Below are positions 1 through 12,600 of a DNA stretch of 64,000 nucleotides, piece after piece. The notes beneath the pieces were generated by a model that saw only the letters and a program-made list of their open reading frames with translations, was not told the DNA's origin and ran no database searches. The stretch's first letter is position 1. Every line of letters starts with the position of its first letter. The position numbers and the translations under genes are program-made. Source of the stretch: Narcine bancroftii (taxonomy: Eukaryota); the NCBI RefSeq assembly GCF_036971445.1, contig NC_091475.1, forward strand, positions 40,300,001 through 40,364,000, written 5' to 3'.

Positions 1-115
1 AAATTATGTAATCTATGAAGAAAAAAATATTGATTTCAAATTTGTTTTGTCAGCAGTAGATTTTAATCTTCTTGTTATTGATTGTTCTTTTGTACATAAT
101 TTGCATTGTGTGCAG

Positions 116-224
116 TCGGGCACCCACGGCAACTTTCCATGACAGCAAGCATCAGGTGGTTCACATGGCATTTGATGTAACGAGAGGCTGGCTATTAACA
201 TCGGGGACTGACCGGGTTATCAAG
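116..224 (+). CDS. WDFY2: WD repeat and FYVE domain-containing protein 2, penultimate coding exon (RAPTATFHDSKHQVVHMAFDVTRGWLLTSGTDRVIK)
   Basis: tgcag| acceptor at 114-115 and |gtgaga donor at 225; 109 nt. Translation closely matches the recalled vertebrate WDFY2 C-terminal WD repeat (RAPTATFHDSKH...TRGWLLTSGTDKVIK). Confidence 0.96.
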
Positions 225-689
225 GTGAGAAAATGAAGCAGGAGCCCAACCAGTACTTGTGTTACTCACGTAAATCACATGCTTATTAGATAATTCTCCC
301 TGCCTGATGATAACAGAAAATAAAGTTTGGACTCGCAAACCCTTAAAAACAAGTTTTTAAGAAATGTGAAATATATGACCAGACACCCTTGAGTTTAAGT
401 TTGTAATCCATTCTGAATTCACATTAGTTGATGGAACCACTTATGTTCTCATGATCAAGCCCAGGTATTCAGATGCTTGCAGGTAATGGCATCTTGGACT
501 TGTGCAAACCTGTTGGAAGTCTGAGGTGTGGTGAGTTACATCCCTACATTTTCATCACAACATCATGTTACTGGATTTTAAGTGGAGTCTTCACTCAAGA
601 TGGAATTTCTCTCAGCATTATGCTGTGGAGTGTACTTTGGCTATCCTATGTCAGCCTGGCTAGGTGGAGATCAGAGAATCCTAGAGCAG

Positions 690-1450
690 ATCATCACACC
701 ATATGCACAGAAACAAGCCCTTCAGCCCAGCATGTCTCCACACTCCAATGCCAATCTAATTAATCCCATTTTCCTGCACATGATCCATATTCCTTTATTC
801 CCTCTCTGTTCATGTATCTGAATGCCTTGTAATCATTGCTGTCATTACCTGGATTTGAAGCATCTTCCAAGCACAGGCCATTTTGTGTGCTTTTTAAAAA
901 AAAACTTTCACACCTTTAAACTTTCCATCTCGTCCCTTAAAATTCTACCCTCAAGTATTTGACAGAACCTTGCTGTAAAAATACTCTAATCATCTACCAC
1001 ACCTCTCATAATTTTATATACTTCAATCAAGTCACCCAGCCTTTTTTCTCTCCAGAGAAAGCAATCCAAGTTCTTGTCCATGTCCAACCTCTTTTTGTTT
1101 TTTTGAGTTATTACAATCTAATCCAGACAACATCCTGGTGAACCCCTCCAAAGCCTCAACATTTTGAATAGTAAAGTTGGCTTCTGCATAATTTCTGCAG
1201 AGAAGATTAATCACATTTGAATAATTGAAATCCTATTCAAGATACTAAAAATTCTGTGTGGCCAGAACTGCACTGTTTTCCAAATGTGGCCTAACAAAAA
1301 TTTCATACAAATGTTACATGATTTGCTAACTTTTAGACAGTGCCTTGACTGATGAAGGCAAACATGGTGAATGCTGCCTTTGCCACCCTTTCTGCATCTG
1401 TTTCCACTTTTAGCAAGCTCTGGACTTGCTCCCAAAGATCCATTGATGTG
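690..1450 (-). mobile_element. Degraded CR1/HER1-like LINE 3' fragment
   Basis: Recognisable shark/ray CR1-type phrases (ccaaatgtggcctaac, gactgatgaaggcaa, aacatcctggtgaaccc); no ORF; boundaries approximate. Confidence 0.55.
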
Positions 1451-2477
1451 CATAGGGATTCCCGGCCTGTCTAGTAGTTGAGAAAGGTACCCAAGGTAAT
1501 TCTTTTGTTTACAATGTGTCCTTAATTTTAAGTGTTGTATATGTCACTTAATCTTATGACAAACATTCAAAAACTGTTGAAACACCTTGCTGGGCTTTGA
1601 TAGAAAGTAAGGTTCCATTTCCAGGCTGATGATGCAAAAGCTTTTTGGGGTCTTTGGTGAAGGAATTGGTGGGCCCTCATCCACGAGGATTCTGTTGCCT
1701 TTGGTCTAAAACCTCACTCTGTCAAGACCATGTGGTAGTTGGTGTGCAGTAGTCTTTCCTTGTGTTCACACTGGGATTTTTCTGCTCCTCCAATAGAGAG
1801 GAATCAATGCATTCATGGTTGAATTCTACCTGGTTTAAAAAAAAGATTACAATGGTGGATTTCCAGCGAATTTCTTCCCTTTACTAACTTGCACCCATTT
1901 TTTTAAACCAAAAGTTGATCACAACAAATAAAGGCAATGAAACGGTTACTAACTACCAATATTCTTTATTTGCAGTTCCAGCACTTTAAAAAAAAAATAA
2001 AAACAGCAATTTTGTTTCCTCAAGTTGAATTGTGTTGATCTTACACTTGCCTGTAAATTACACTCTGTGCAATGTATGTTATTTATTGTTGGGTTCATTT
2101 GAATGAGATTATTTGGATATGCTGTATTTGCCGTTGAATAGAACGACTGTATAGGACCACCCAGAATTTCCACCTAAAATGTTGGTTTGAGCAATACCCT
2201 TTGTACAAAATGACCCCAAATCTGGCAGTTCTGCTGACCAATGGATGCTGTTCTAAGCAAATAACAATATTTTAATAACAAATGATAATTTAAAGGTTTA
2301 AATTTTATTTGGGTATTTTGAAATAAACCACTTTTGGCTCCTGTAACAGGTTGTTTAAAGCCTGTAAAGAACGGATGGCAGTGGACCACTGAGACTTTAC
2401 AAATAACTAATGGGACATGCGTGAGATTGCATTAGAGTTGATGGGGATGTTGAGGCTTTGCCGTCAAAGAATTTTGT

Positions 2478-2787
2478 ACCTTTTTTACACAGCGTTTGCA
2501 AGCTGGGTATTTTCAGCCTTTCGAATGCTGTGTGAATGCATCGAAGGCAGTTGGGGGATGGGGGACGGGGTCTAAACTTGGCTTCAAATCACCAAGGTAT
2601 GTAGTATCAGATATATTGATGTGGGAACCAGCCATGCTGCTGTGCAACTTTGCTTCGGGAAGCTGGCTTGTTGTGTAAAATGACTCGCTAACCTGGCTTT
2701 TCTTCTGTTCTGTGTGAACAAGCAAGCCAGCTTCCAGAGACAGGTTGTGCATATGGCAATAACACAATTTTTCAGTATAAAAAGGGT
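2478..2787. mobile_element. Putative PIF/Harbinger-like MITE
   Basis: Imperfect terminal inverted repeats accttttttacacag ... cagtataaaaagggt around a short non-coding interior. Confidence 0.35.
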
Positions 2788-2960
2788 TTTAGGCTCTTGT
2801 GTCAGACAACCTGATTATAAGGTGAAATTTTTAAGTTTGGAGGATTGTCTTGTACAACGCCATATTCAGTAATTACTTCTTCCAATAATAGATGAAGCTA
2901 AATTTTGTTTATTTGAGCTGCAAACAAACTTAAAGTTCTTAATTTGTTATTTTCCTGCAG

Positions 2961-2990
2961 CTTTGGGATATGACTCCTGTGGTATCATGA
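2961..2990 (+). CDS. WDFY2: WDFY2 terminal coding exon (LWDMTPVVS*)
   Basis: tttcctgcag| acceptor; phase-0 join to the previous exon gives VIK-LWDMTPVVS*, the known WDFY2 C-terminus. Confidence 0.96.
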   Translation, partial: LWDMTPVVS

Positions 2991-5900
2991 CCTGCTCTAA
3001 CTTAGGATTGTAAGGGATTCAGTCCAATGGGCTAGTCTGCACATGGAAGATCAGTCACGAATGTTAATACAGAATTCTGGCTTCAAAAGGGAACACAGGA
3101 ATTCAACATTTTCCAAAGCAGCCTTGCAAACCCTGATTAGTATTTGCCGAAATTTAAAAGTTGCACAATGATTCTGGCAAATCTAGACTGCAAGGGCTGA
3201 AGTATGATTTTTCAAGAGCGTTATTTGTACAGTTAAGATGTTTAATTTTTCTGTAATTTTTTTGACCAACCTAAAAGATTTTTAATTAGCAGATTTTTAA
3301 AAAAAAATATTGTGAAAAGTTCTTGTCTGTTCATGTTTTTGTCCTGTTGCTCCCTGATGAGTGAATGATTGTCATGCTTGAGAGATGTTTTGGTAACATA
3401 CTTTGCAGTAGTTGAATAGTTGTTTGTGCTAGGAAATAACAGATTGATAACATAGTTTTTTTTCTCAAGAGAAAAGGGAAAACTAATAACTGGATTGCAG
3501 TGAAAGGAAAGATGTGAACCTAATTATCTAAACAGCCCTTTTGATCTAAAACAAAATTTGTGAAAACATTCCATGTACTTTTCAGTGATTTAACCAGCCC
3601 ATGAGTGCAGAAGTTTGGGCAAAACGGTTTTCCAGAGCTTGAGATGTAAATAATTAGAAGCTAGAAACACAAATTCGAGGCATGGCATGTTAAATGCAAT
3701 ATATGACAATAGGATGAACAATGGAAAAATATACCAGTGCAATCAATTTTAAAGTGGTTCTCTCATTATGTTCGAAGAAGATTAGAGAATTAAGGAAGAG
3801 AATGCGCCTTTCATTTTTACCTTGAGGGCTGTTCTTTTGATTTCCAGTTTGATGTGATTTTTTTTTTTTTTTGCTTTTAAGCCCTTCTTATTTACTATTG
3901 TGAGTGGCACCTGAATATTCTGCGAAACCCTGGTGTGGTCAATGAGTATTATAATGTGTCATAATGTTCTATGATCCAATTGAACTCTGATCTGATTAGT
4001 TGAAACTTAAATTTCTGACCTTGCTTAGATGGCACATTGTTTATCTGAGCTTGTGTTGGGACTGAAGTCTCATGACTAAGTTGTAGAAACTTGAGTTCAG
4101 TGAGAAGCAGCTCAGTTGATTAGATATGTCTGCTCCACATTGGAGCTCTCAACTCCATTCCATTCCTTTTTCTATAGATGTTACACACACAGAGTTCACT
4201 CAGTTCTTGCTCAAATTTCTGATGGTCATCTTGTTTGATGGACCTCTGTTGTTTCCTAATACTCTCAACCATCTGACCCTATAGCAAATGATGAAAACTG
4301 GGGTTTGGGTTCTCAGGAAGGCTTGATGGATGTTGCTGGATAGTGATAGTGTTGAGTGGAAAATACCTAAAATAGGAGAATAAAAACCTGGTATTTGTAT
4401 GTTGCCTTTGCTGGCTTCAATTTCTCCTATCCATGGAATTATTTTGAAGTACAATATTAAGTTAGCAAAAGAAATCATTAATTTGAGAATTTAGCTTGTT
4501 ACAATTTAAAGGGACGTACAAGAGACGTGAGTCGTCCAGATTGGCCAAGTTAATAATTCAATTTGCCTTCAGCAAATGAATCCTGGCCATGCTTCATCCT
4601 TTCCATTGTGTACTATACTCATTAAAGAAGTTCATTGCCTGATGGCTTGCAATTAACATTCATTTCACCTGCTGTACTACTTGAAAATGTTAACAGAAGG
4701 AACCAATCCCATTGAAGCACAACCTGTAGTGACTTTTATTAGCACAATGTTTTCAGAGTAATTAATGTTCAAATGGATATTGGAAATGCAATAAAAAGCT
4801 CTTTCGTATCCCTTGATTTCCCTCTCTTTAAATGTGTTTCCAGTCCTGAAAGTTCTGTTGTCCCTGCATTGTTAAATAGAGTTCTAGATTTGCTTTGCAT
4901 TTTGTATAGAGAAGTGCTTGTAGTTTTCTAACTAAAATGGTTTGGCTAAAATTTGAGGATCATGATTCTTTCATTATTTTCTCTTCTATGTATCCACCCT
5001 CTTAAAATTTTCAATCAATACTAAAACTTTCACTTCTACTTGAGGGAAGAAGTGCAAAAGCCCCATGGCAGTCTGATAATCTTGTATAAGTGAGCACCAT
5101 CAGCCAGTGGTTGTATTTTAACTTCGGTGGGTGGGGGGGGTGGGGAGAGGAGAGAGAAATAGTTCTTCCTGTGAAACATTTGCATCTTGAAGAGAGATAA
5201 GAGAGATTCACAATTAATAGCTAAAAATACAATCAGCACTACGGGAATTATCCAGGCAAGTGAGGATTAAGTTTCCAAATGAAGGGAGAGAGGTTTATTC
5301 TGTAGCTAAATTTACTCCATATTTCAAAGCAGTCAAGACATTTAGACAATTGTACCAGTTTGTCATTAGAACTTGCTTTCTGTTTTCTTTGCATCTTGAT
5401 TTATAAAATCATTCTATTTAGCCTTTAAAACTGAACTTTGCCATAAAAGACCCCATATTCTAATATATACCACCATTAACTTAAACCTACCCATTAAGTG
5501 CATGGGGGGGGGGGGGGGGGAAATAAACAGTTTGAAAATCAATCTGCAAATGTGCTAGGAGTCTTCTGTCTACGATGGGCTAATAGTCCCAAACTACTTT
5601 AAGGCACTATGTTGCCTGAAAAGTAATCTATAAAGCAATTTGCACCCTCTCTTTGACACCATGCCCAGCCAAAAAGTATAATGCATGTTTTAAACCTAAC
5701 TTTCCGTGGCAATGGAACATTATCTCCTGAGCAAATTTGCTTCAACAATGTACAAATTTTTAAACAATTGAGAAAGTTATCAGTTGAAAGGAAAAAAATG
5801 GAGATAATATTTGGTAAGGTCATGACTGATCTTTAACCTTTATATGAATCTCTGCAGCGACAATAGGTGACGAGCCCCATAGCTTTTTTCAGTAAAATGT

Positions 5901-7640
5901 CTAAATATTAGCCTCGAACATATGAAGACATTTGTTTCTCATCTTAGTTCTGAATGGTCAATCGGCCACTTGCATTGATCCCTGGTAGTAGCCACACCTA
6001 CCGGGGAAACCATTATGCCTATATCTATTCTGTGAAGCCATGTGATAATTTGATGCTATTTTTTTTGAATTTTCTGTCATTCTTCTAAATTATAGTCTGC
6101 TTGATCTTTGGTCATCCAACTTGTTTGTCTCCCTTGCCCTCCGTTCCAAAAAAATCCCATGACTGTCTGGTACACAATTATTTCCGGTGCACTCTCATCT
6201 GGGTCTTTTTGTAGTAAGTCATCTGTACACAGTCTCTTGCATTGAAGACCACTGTTTTGTTTGTACTTAATTATTGTACCTTCTATTAACTTTTCAGGCA
6301 AATCATGGCACAATAAAACTGCATAATTTTGGAGAGACTGCTTCAAATGTTGTGTAGATTGGATGCAATCCTGAAACTCTTGCGATTTTATTGGTGTTCT
6401 GGAAGTGTTTTTGTTATAAATGCTTGTACCTAATAATGTGGCTTGACCTGCAATCCACATTAATAGCTATTGTTGAGGTCAAGAAGCCCATTGTACCAGC
6501 AATTAAATTTTTTAAATTTAATTATCTGAAGATGCTTATAAAATTGCTTTCATTAAGTAACTGGCCATTCTAGAACTAAATTTAAAGCAAAATTTTCTGT
6601 AGTTGAACAGTTTTGTTGTTAGGATTTGCTAGGAATGGTTGGTAGCAAGATTCAGGGTATATTTTTAAAAAAATAAAGTCCCAGGAAGCTATTGAACAAA
6701 AACAGTTACAAGATGTACCATGTAGAAATAATGTGAATTTGAAGTGATCTTTATGGATTTTTATTTGTTCATTTGAAGTATGTGTGTGATATTCAAGATG
6801 ATGCATCCCTGATTCTACCCTTCCCCTCCCTCATTTGGGAATGCTTCACTGGGGCTGTCACAAGTAATAGCTGATTGGACTTGGATACAATTTATTTCAG
6901 GACCCCAATCATTTTGGGTACATTGTTTACTTATGAGAAATATTCAATCTGGTTGCAGCAATGCAGATATCACTCAATTTTGAGAGTGGATTATAAATTT
7001 GTGCTCCATAGGGGAGAAAAGTTGAATTAGAAATCAACTGAACTGGCTCAAACTGGTCCAATAATCCTCTCAAGATCGTTTTTGTACTGTACAACTGACA
7101 CTTTAGAATTATATCCAACCTATTGTATCTCACCTTGAGGCACCACTTTATTCAAAGTCTGGTCAAGTTCCAGTTTCATTGGAATGTAATCATTATTCAA
7201 CCCATAACAGGAAAAAAAAACCAACCAGGTCAGATGAAGAAGTATCAGCAGTTTTATCTGATTGACCACCATTTGGAAATGATTTAATAATTTGAGGTAC
7301 TGTACTTTAAAAATGCAATCAAATCGTACTGCAAGGAAATGAGGATTCCCAGGAGGTGGAAGAATTTCATGTATGTATGTTGATGCAGTGTTTTTACACT
7401 TTGTATCTCTATGAATTTGAATAAAGTTGCTTTTTGTGCTTCTGAACTAGAGCTCCTCCTCATGGTAAAAGAATGAAACCAATCTGGTACATTCTGATCA
7501 TTCCAAAATAATTTTCCTAGGTTTGTTTCATAACTAATGCTATAATTCTGTTCAACATTTAAATATGATGTTAAATATTTAAATTGTGACTATATTTGTG
7601 TATTGGCAATCACAAAATAAAACCAGTGTTTGCAAGAGCA
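2991..7640 (+). other. WDFY2: Probable long WDFY2 3'UTR with alternative polyA signals
   Basis: AT-rich and comparatively TE-poor after the stop codon; AATAAA near 4790, near 7420 and at 7616-7621; PUM-type TGTAAATA at 3645-3652. The actual transcript end is not determinable from sequence alone. Confidence 0.5.
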
Positions 7641-8439
7641 CTGGATCATTGACACAGATTGTGTCAATCCTCTGTGGCATTTATTATGCATTATCTTCAT
7701 TTTTAACTGATCTCTCGTTGAGTCATACATTATGGAAATGAGCCCTTCAAATTGCCAAGCTAATTATCACACATTTAAACTAAATCCATTTCCCCCTCAT
7801 TCCCTCCAGTGCTGAGCAGCTGATCTTTGCTTGTATAATTTGAAGTAGTGGCTTCTCTTTCCTCTTCACTCATAATTTCTTGGCCATTTACTTTGCAGGC
7901 TCTTGTCAATGTTAATTAATGGTGTCTCTGGTATTTCCCTCCCTCCTAAGCCTTGGTGGGGGGAAATATAAGCAGCAAATATCTGTTTTAGCCAATATGA
8001 CCAAGGATAGCACTGAGCTTTAGGTGCAAGTGCAAGGTGCTCCATTCTCTAATCTCACCTGTAATATTGATTACAGTCTAATCAGAAAACTTGAATCTTG
8101 GCTCTAAATTCCTTTGTCCTACTTATCAGCGCACAAGGATTTAAGAAAATAGAGCAAATATGATCCAAAGTTGTCCTTTCTGCTAGCCTCAAACTCCATC
8201 TCTGTTGCTTTATGTAAAGACCCTGTTGTCACTTTTTGCGGCCTTGCTTCACCTGGTAATCCAACACACCAGTTGGCTGTGCAATCCTGCGATCGATGGA
8301 ACTGTCATTGTGCAGGAATTCTCATGAGGTCGTGAGTCATTTATGAATTGATACAGTGAAATGAGTGAATTTTTTTCAAAAAAATATTTTTTGTCCAATT
8401 GCTTGTTTTTTCATGCCTGAATGACAGCAATTCTGAACA

Positions 8440-8621
8440 TACACCCAATTAACCTGCAACCCCACCCAGTACATGGGAGGAAACCTGAGCCTCTGGGGAA
8501 AACCCAAGCAGACATGGAGAGAATGTCCCAATTCCTTACAAACAGTGCGGGATTCGAACCCCAGTCTCGATCGCTGGCGCTGTAATGGTGTTGCTCTAAC
8601 TGCTATGCCAACCATGCCGTC
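8440..8621 (-). mobile_element. tRNA-derived V-SINE (HE1-like)
   Basis: The minus strand shows a tRNA-like head with B box (ggttcgaatcc) followed by a V-domain-like tgggttttcccc..ctcaggtttcctccca core. Confidence 0.75.
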
Positions 8622-9480
8622 ACTAGCAACTGTATTTACTCAGCAGACATGGTCTACTGGCCTGTGGCAAACAGCAGAATCTACTTAGTGACAAGAAGGA
8701 TGACCGGCAAGAAAATATACAAGTGAACCGGTGCGGACTCGAAAGGCCAACATGGCCTGTTTCCGCTCCGTAAATGGTTATATGGTCATAACAAATCAAA
8801 GAAGCATTGAAATATTTAATTTTTCAAAACTATGCAAGACACTTAAAAAGAATGTCAATATCTTAGAACTCAAAAGAAGTTTGGGGAGAAATAAATTGAG
8901 CTGCATGAATTGGGAGAAAAGAATGATATTCAGCATGTGAACTTTTTTGGAAACAGGAAATTAAATTCAAGTCCCCTGTAAGATTGAAATTCTAATTGCG
9001 GGAAAAAAAATTTGAATCTCCAGTGAAGAATGGAAGTAAAAAGGTAAATACAGAAAGCAGCTCTGACAGTAGAAAAACTAAGATGAGAATGTAATTTTGA
9101 AGAAGTGATTTCCACCCCCCCCCCCCCCCAGATAAATAAACAGAACAGAGACTGGAGATGCAGGAAACTGCAGCAGAAAAAAATAGTTTGCTAAAGGAAC
9201 TCAGGATTTGGGAGTGGGAGAGCGAAGTTCGGTCAAAACTTTTCATTGGAACAAAATGGAGGTGAACCACTAAAGACAGATGGCATATCAACATTCTACT
9301 CAAGGTGCAGTAGGTGGCGAGGGATGAAGGCAGGTCTGCTGTACAGAATCTGGTCAGAGATGTTAGTTGAATGAGCTGCTGTAAGCAAATTAGACAAGTT
9401 GTCATTGTATTGAAGCTCTCTGTGAGCCAACAGAATCAAGACTTGTGGTTACAGTGAAGATCTGAATATCCACACAAACT

Positions 9481-9620
9481 TCACTTTGGACTGGCAACCC
9501 TGTCAGTGCCAGGTTTAAAGTTTACTGCCAATTCCTCCAGAGTTTTCATCAGTTCTGCCTCCTCTGAAGCTGTTGCTCTTGTCTGGGCCAAAAACAGGTG
9601 ACTAGGCACAGGTTTCCTAT
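9481..9620 (-). CDS. DHRS12: DHRS12 exon 10 (DRKPVPSHLFLAQTRATASEEAELMKTLEELAVNFKPGTDRVASPK*)
   Basis: catttag| acceptor, phase 1, TGA at 9481-9483; 140 nt. Confidence 0.93.
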
Positions 9621-12600
9621 CTAAATGAATCAGAAGTAAAAATTAAACCTACCATTTTTCAAGAATTCTCCAAACAACACAAGGTAAGTTATGCAATGCT
9701 TAATTAAATTTTAATCATTGAAAATGTTTCAAATAAAGAATACTTAAGAACACTCCTAACATTAAATTGCAACACTAAATTTGCAAACTACTTCATGTTG
9801 CAGAACAAAGCCTGTGGATGGGTGTTCTCAAACTGTGTGACATGATGAAGATGGTTCTCCCACCATGCCCAAAGAACATCACAGCACAGGCTCTTTGACC
9901 CATGATGTTGTGCTGACATGTATAAACTTCCCCCACAACAATCTAATCCTTCCTTACCCTCACATACATAACCCTCTATTTTTCTTACAACCATGTGCCT
10001 ACCTAAGAGTTTTAAATGACCCTTTGTTCGTTACAACTGACAGATGAGTTTGGGCCAGATGTCCGCTTTTTAAACACATTGCAACTTGAGTCTCCTCAAA
10101 TGACCTTTTTAAAGGTTTTATTCTTTGGGTTGTTCCAAGTCTGTTCAAGCAGGCTAGTTAGCAGAGATAGTGTGCAATTCTGCCATAAAAACCACTCAAC
10201 CCTTGTTCCAATGTTTTGATAACATCAAAAAATCTGTTTTTGTGTGGTCAAGTTATAGAATGCACAATAGTCCGCTCTTTTAAGCTGCATATCTCAACCC
10301 AATTTTATCTGATCCTCTGTCACAATATCGTATCCCCTCCATTGTTCACCATACCCACTGATTTTTGTGAAGAAAAATTGAGCTATTTATGCATACTGAG
10401 CAAATTGACCCCCACTACCTTCTGTGCCAGAGAAAGCCAGTGTCACATTCAAAACCTGAGTGGAGAAGAATTTTTTTTCTGACTCCTGGTTCTAGACACC
10501 ATAGCTTGTTGAACCCCAGAATTTTGCATGTTTCACCAAGACCTCCCCTCATTCTTCTAAACTCATGAATGCAGACCTGGTCAACCCAAATTCCTTGTTC
10601 CAACAGTCCCACCATCCCAGGATTCAGTCTGGTGAACCTTGTGTTGCATTCCCTTCAATAGCTAGTGTATCCTTTCTTGGGTAAGGAGGCCAGAAGTGCG
10701 CACACACTCCAAGCATGATCCAGTGAGGCTCTGTAGAATTATAGAAAAACATCTTGTACATCAACATTTCCTAATCCAACACCTTTTAAAATTGACACTC
10801 TGCCTCCTGATACTCCTACTAAAGACAGCTTCATGTTTATCAGGCTTGTATTTGCCCATTCACTCAACTTTTCTAAATCGCTTAGGAGACTCTGCATCCT
10901 CCTTACAACTCACAATCTCACCCAGTTTTGTGCTTTCAGTCACAATCTTGGGAGAAAGTGATGAATTTGGGATCTGGGATTCCCAAACCTTGTGAGTATT
11001 GGGGAGGGTGGCAGATTTCCTCGCCTTGTCTCAGATCATTTTAGACATTTTTTTAAAAAGTCCTATTTCCATTGTTGCACAACTACACACTGGTGGAAGG
11101 TTTACTTTATCTGAATGACTTGCTTCTAGGAGAGGAACTGATGAGCAAGATGTACAATAGCAGGTCAGACCATTGCCTTACCTTGGAAGAAAAGGCCACT
11201 GGAATGCTGCAATGCTGCGTTAGAGACAGCAAGCCAAACTAACGTATCTGCCCCCTGGGCTGCTGTCCGCAACCTATCCTTCATCCTTGCGTGGAAATTG
11301 GGCATGGATGTTTTCACAGCTTGCCAGAGAAATGAAAAAGACATTAGCTTAAAGTCAAACCAGATGATATTTAAAGATGGGAGGCATTCAACTCCACATC
11401 AAGTTAGGCATGCACTGAAAACAAGTTGTTTAATTTAAAATTACCTGGTGTATCTGCCCAGCCAGGGTGCATGGAGGAGAAGTGGATGTCCTTGTGCATT
11501 TTGCTCCACTGTTCTGTCATAATGACTTGCTGACGCTGGGTGGGAAGGACAAGTCCAACATGAAGAATGCAAAAGAGGACAAATGTTAATGCTGGATCTA
11601 TAATCCACAAGCTATTTGTGTAAATAGAAACAGCATGTGAGAGACAGACTTGACATTCCACCTGATGAATGTCATTTGATTCAAGATACAGAATTGGACA
11701 GGAGTTTTGAGAACAGTTATGGAATCTTGATCTGGCCAACAGGGCATTACATTAGCATCCAGGACTAGAATATTTTAGTGAGCCACACTGAATACAATTC
11801 AGCCCTGGCATTGCAGAACAATTTTCTACCCAAAATACAGCACGCCATCAGTTCTGTACTGCAGGGTCTGGTGTTCTACTCCTGTGTGGTAAGTAGCTGA
11901 GTTTGTTTTAAACTTAATTTTTTTTGTGAACTTTGAAAAATACATATAATAATCTTCTACAAATACAAATAAACTATTAACTACAACCCTACCCCCACCC
12001 CTCCACTAAACTAAAAAGAAAGCCCAAAAAAAGAAGAAAAACCCTCCCCCTTCGGAGCGTAAAAGAAAACTATATTAAATGTTTTATGTTTGGAGTGCCA
12101 TTCACTTAACTTTTAATGACATATGCTCCAAATACAAATTCCACATATCAATAAAAAGAGAAATTATTTCATAAATTGTTACTTCTTCTAAATATAAACA
12201 CGATTGCATTTCATTATTGCCATCTTTGCCAACTCAATTGTATATCATTTTTCCATGTTACAGCAATACATTTTCTTGCAACTGCTAATCCTAATCTTAA
12301 AAAAGTTAAATGCGGTTTAGTCATTTGTGATTCTATAAAGGGCAAATTAATATAACTCATTAAACACATCAACTATTCCAACTGCAAATCTATTTTGAAC
12401 AAATCTCTGAAAAATTTTATAATTTTCTCCCAAAAATATTTAACCTTCTCACATAACCAAACAATGTATAAAGTACCTTTCTGCTTCCTACATCTAAAAC
12501 ACAATCTGTTAAACTAAATCCATATCTCTTCAATTTTTCAGGCATCAAATATAATTGATGCAGATAATTATAATTAACCATATTATACCTAACATTAATT

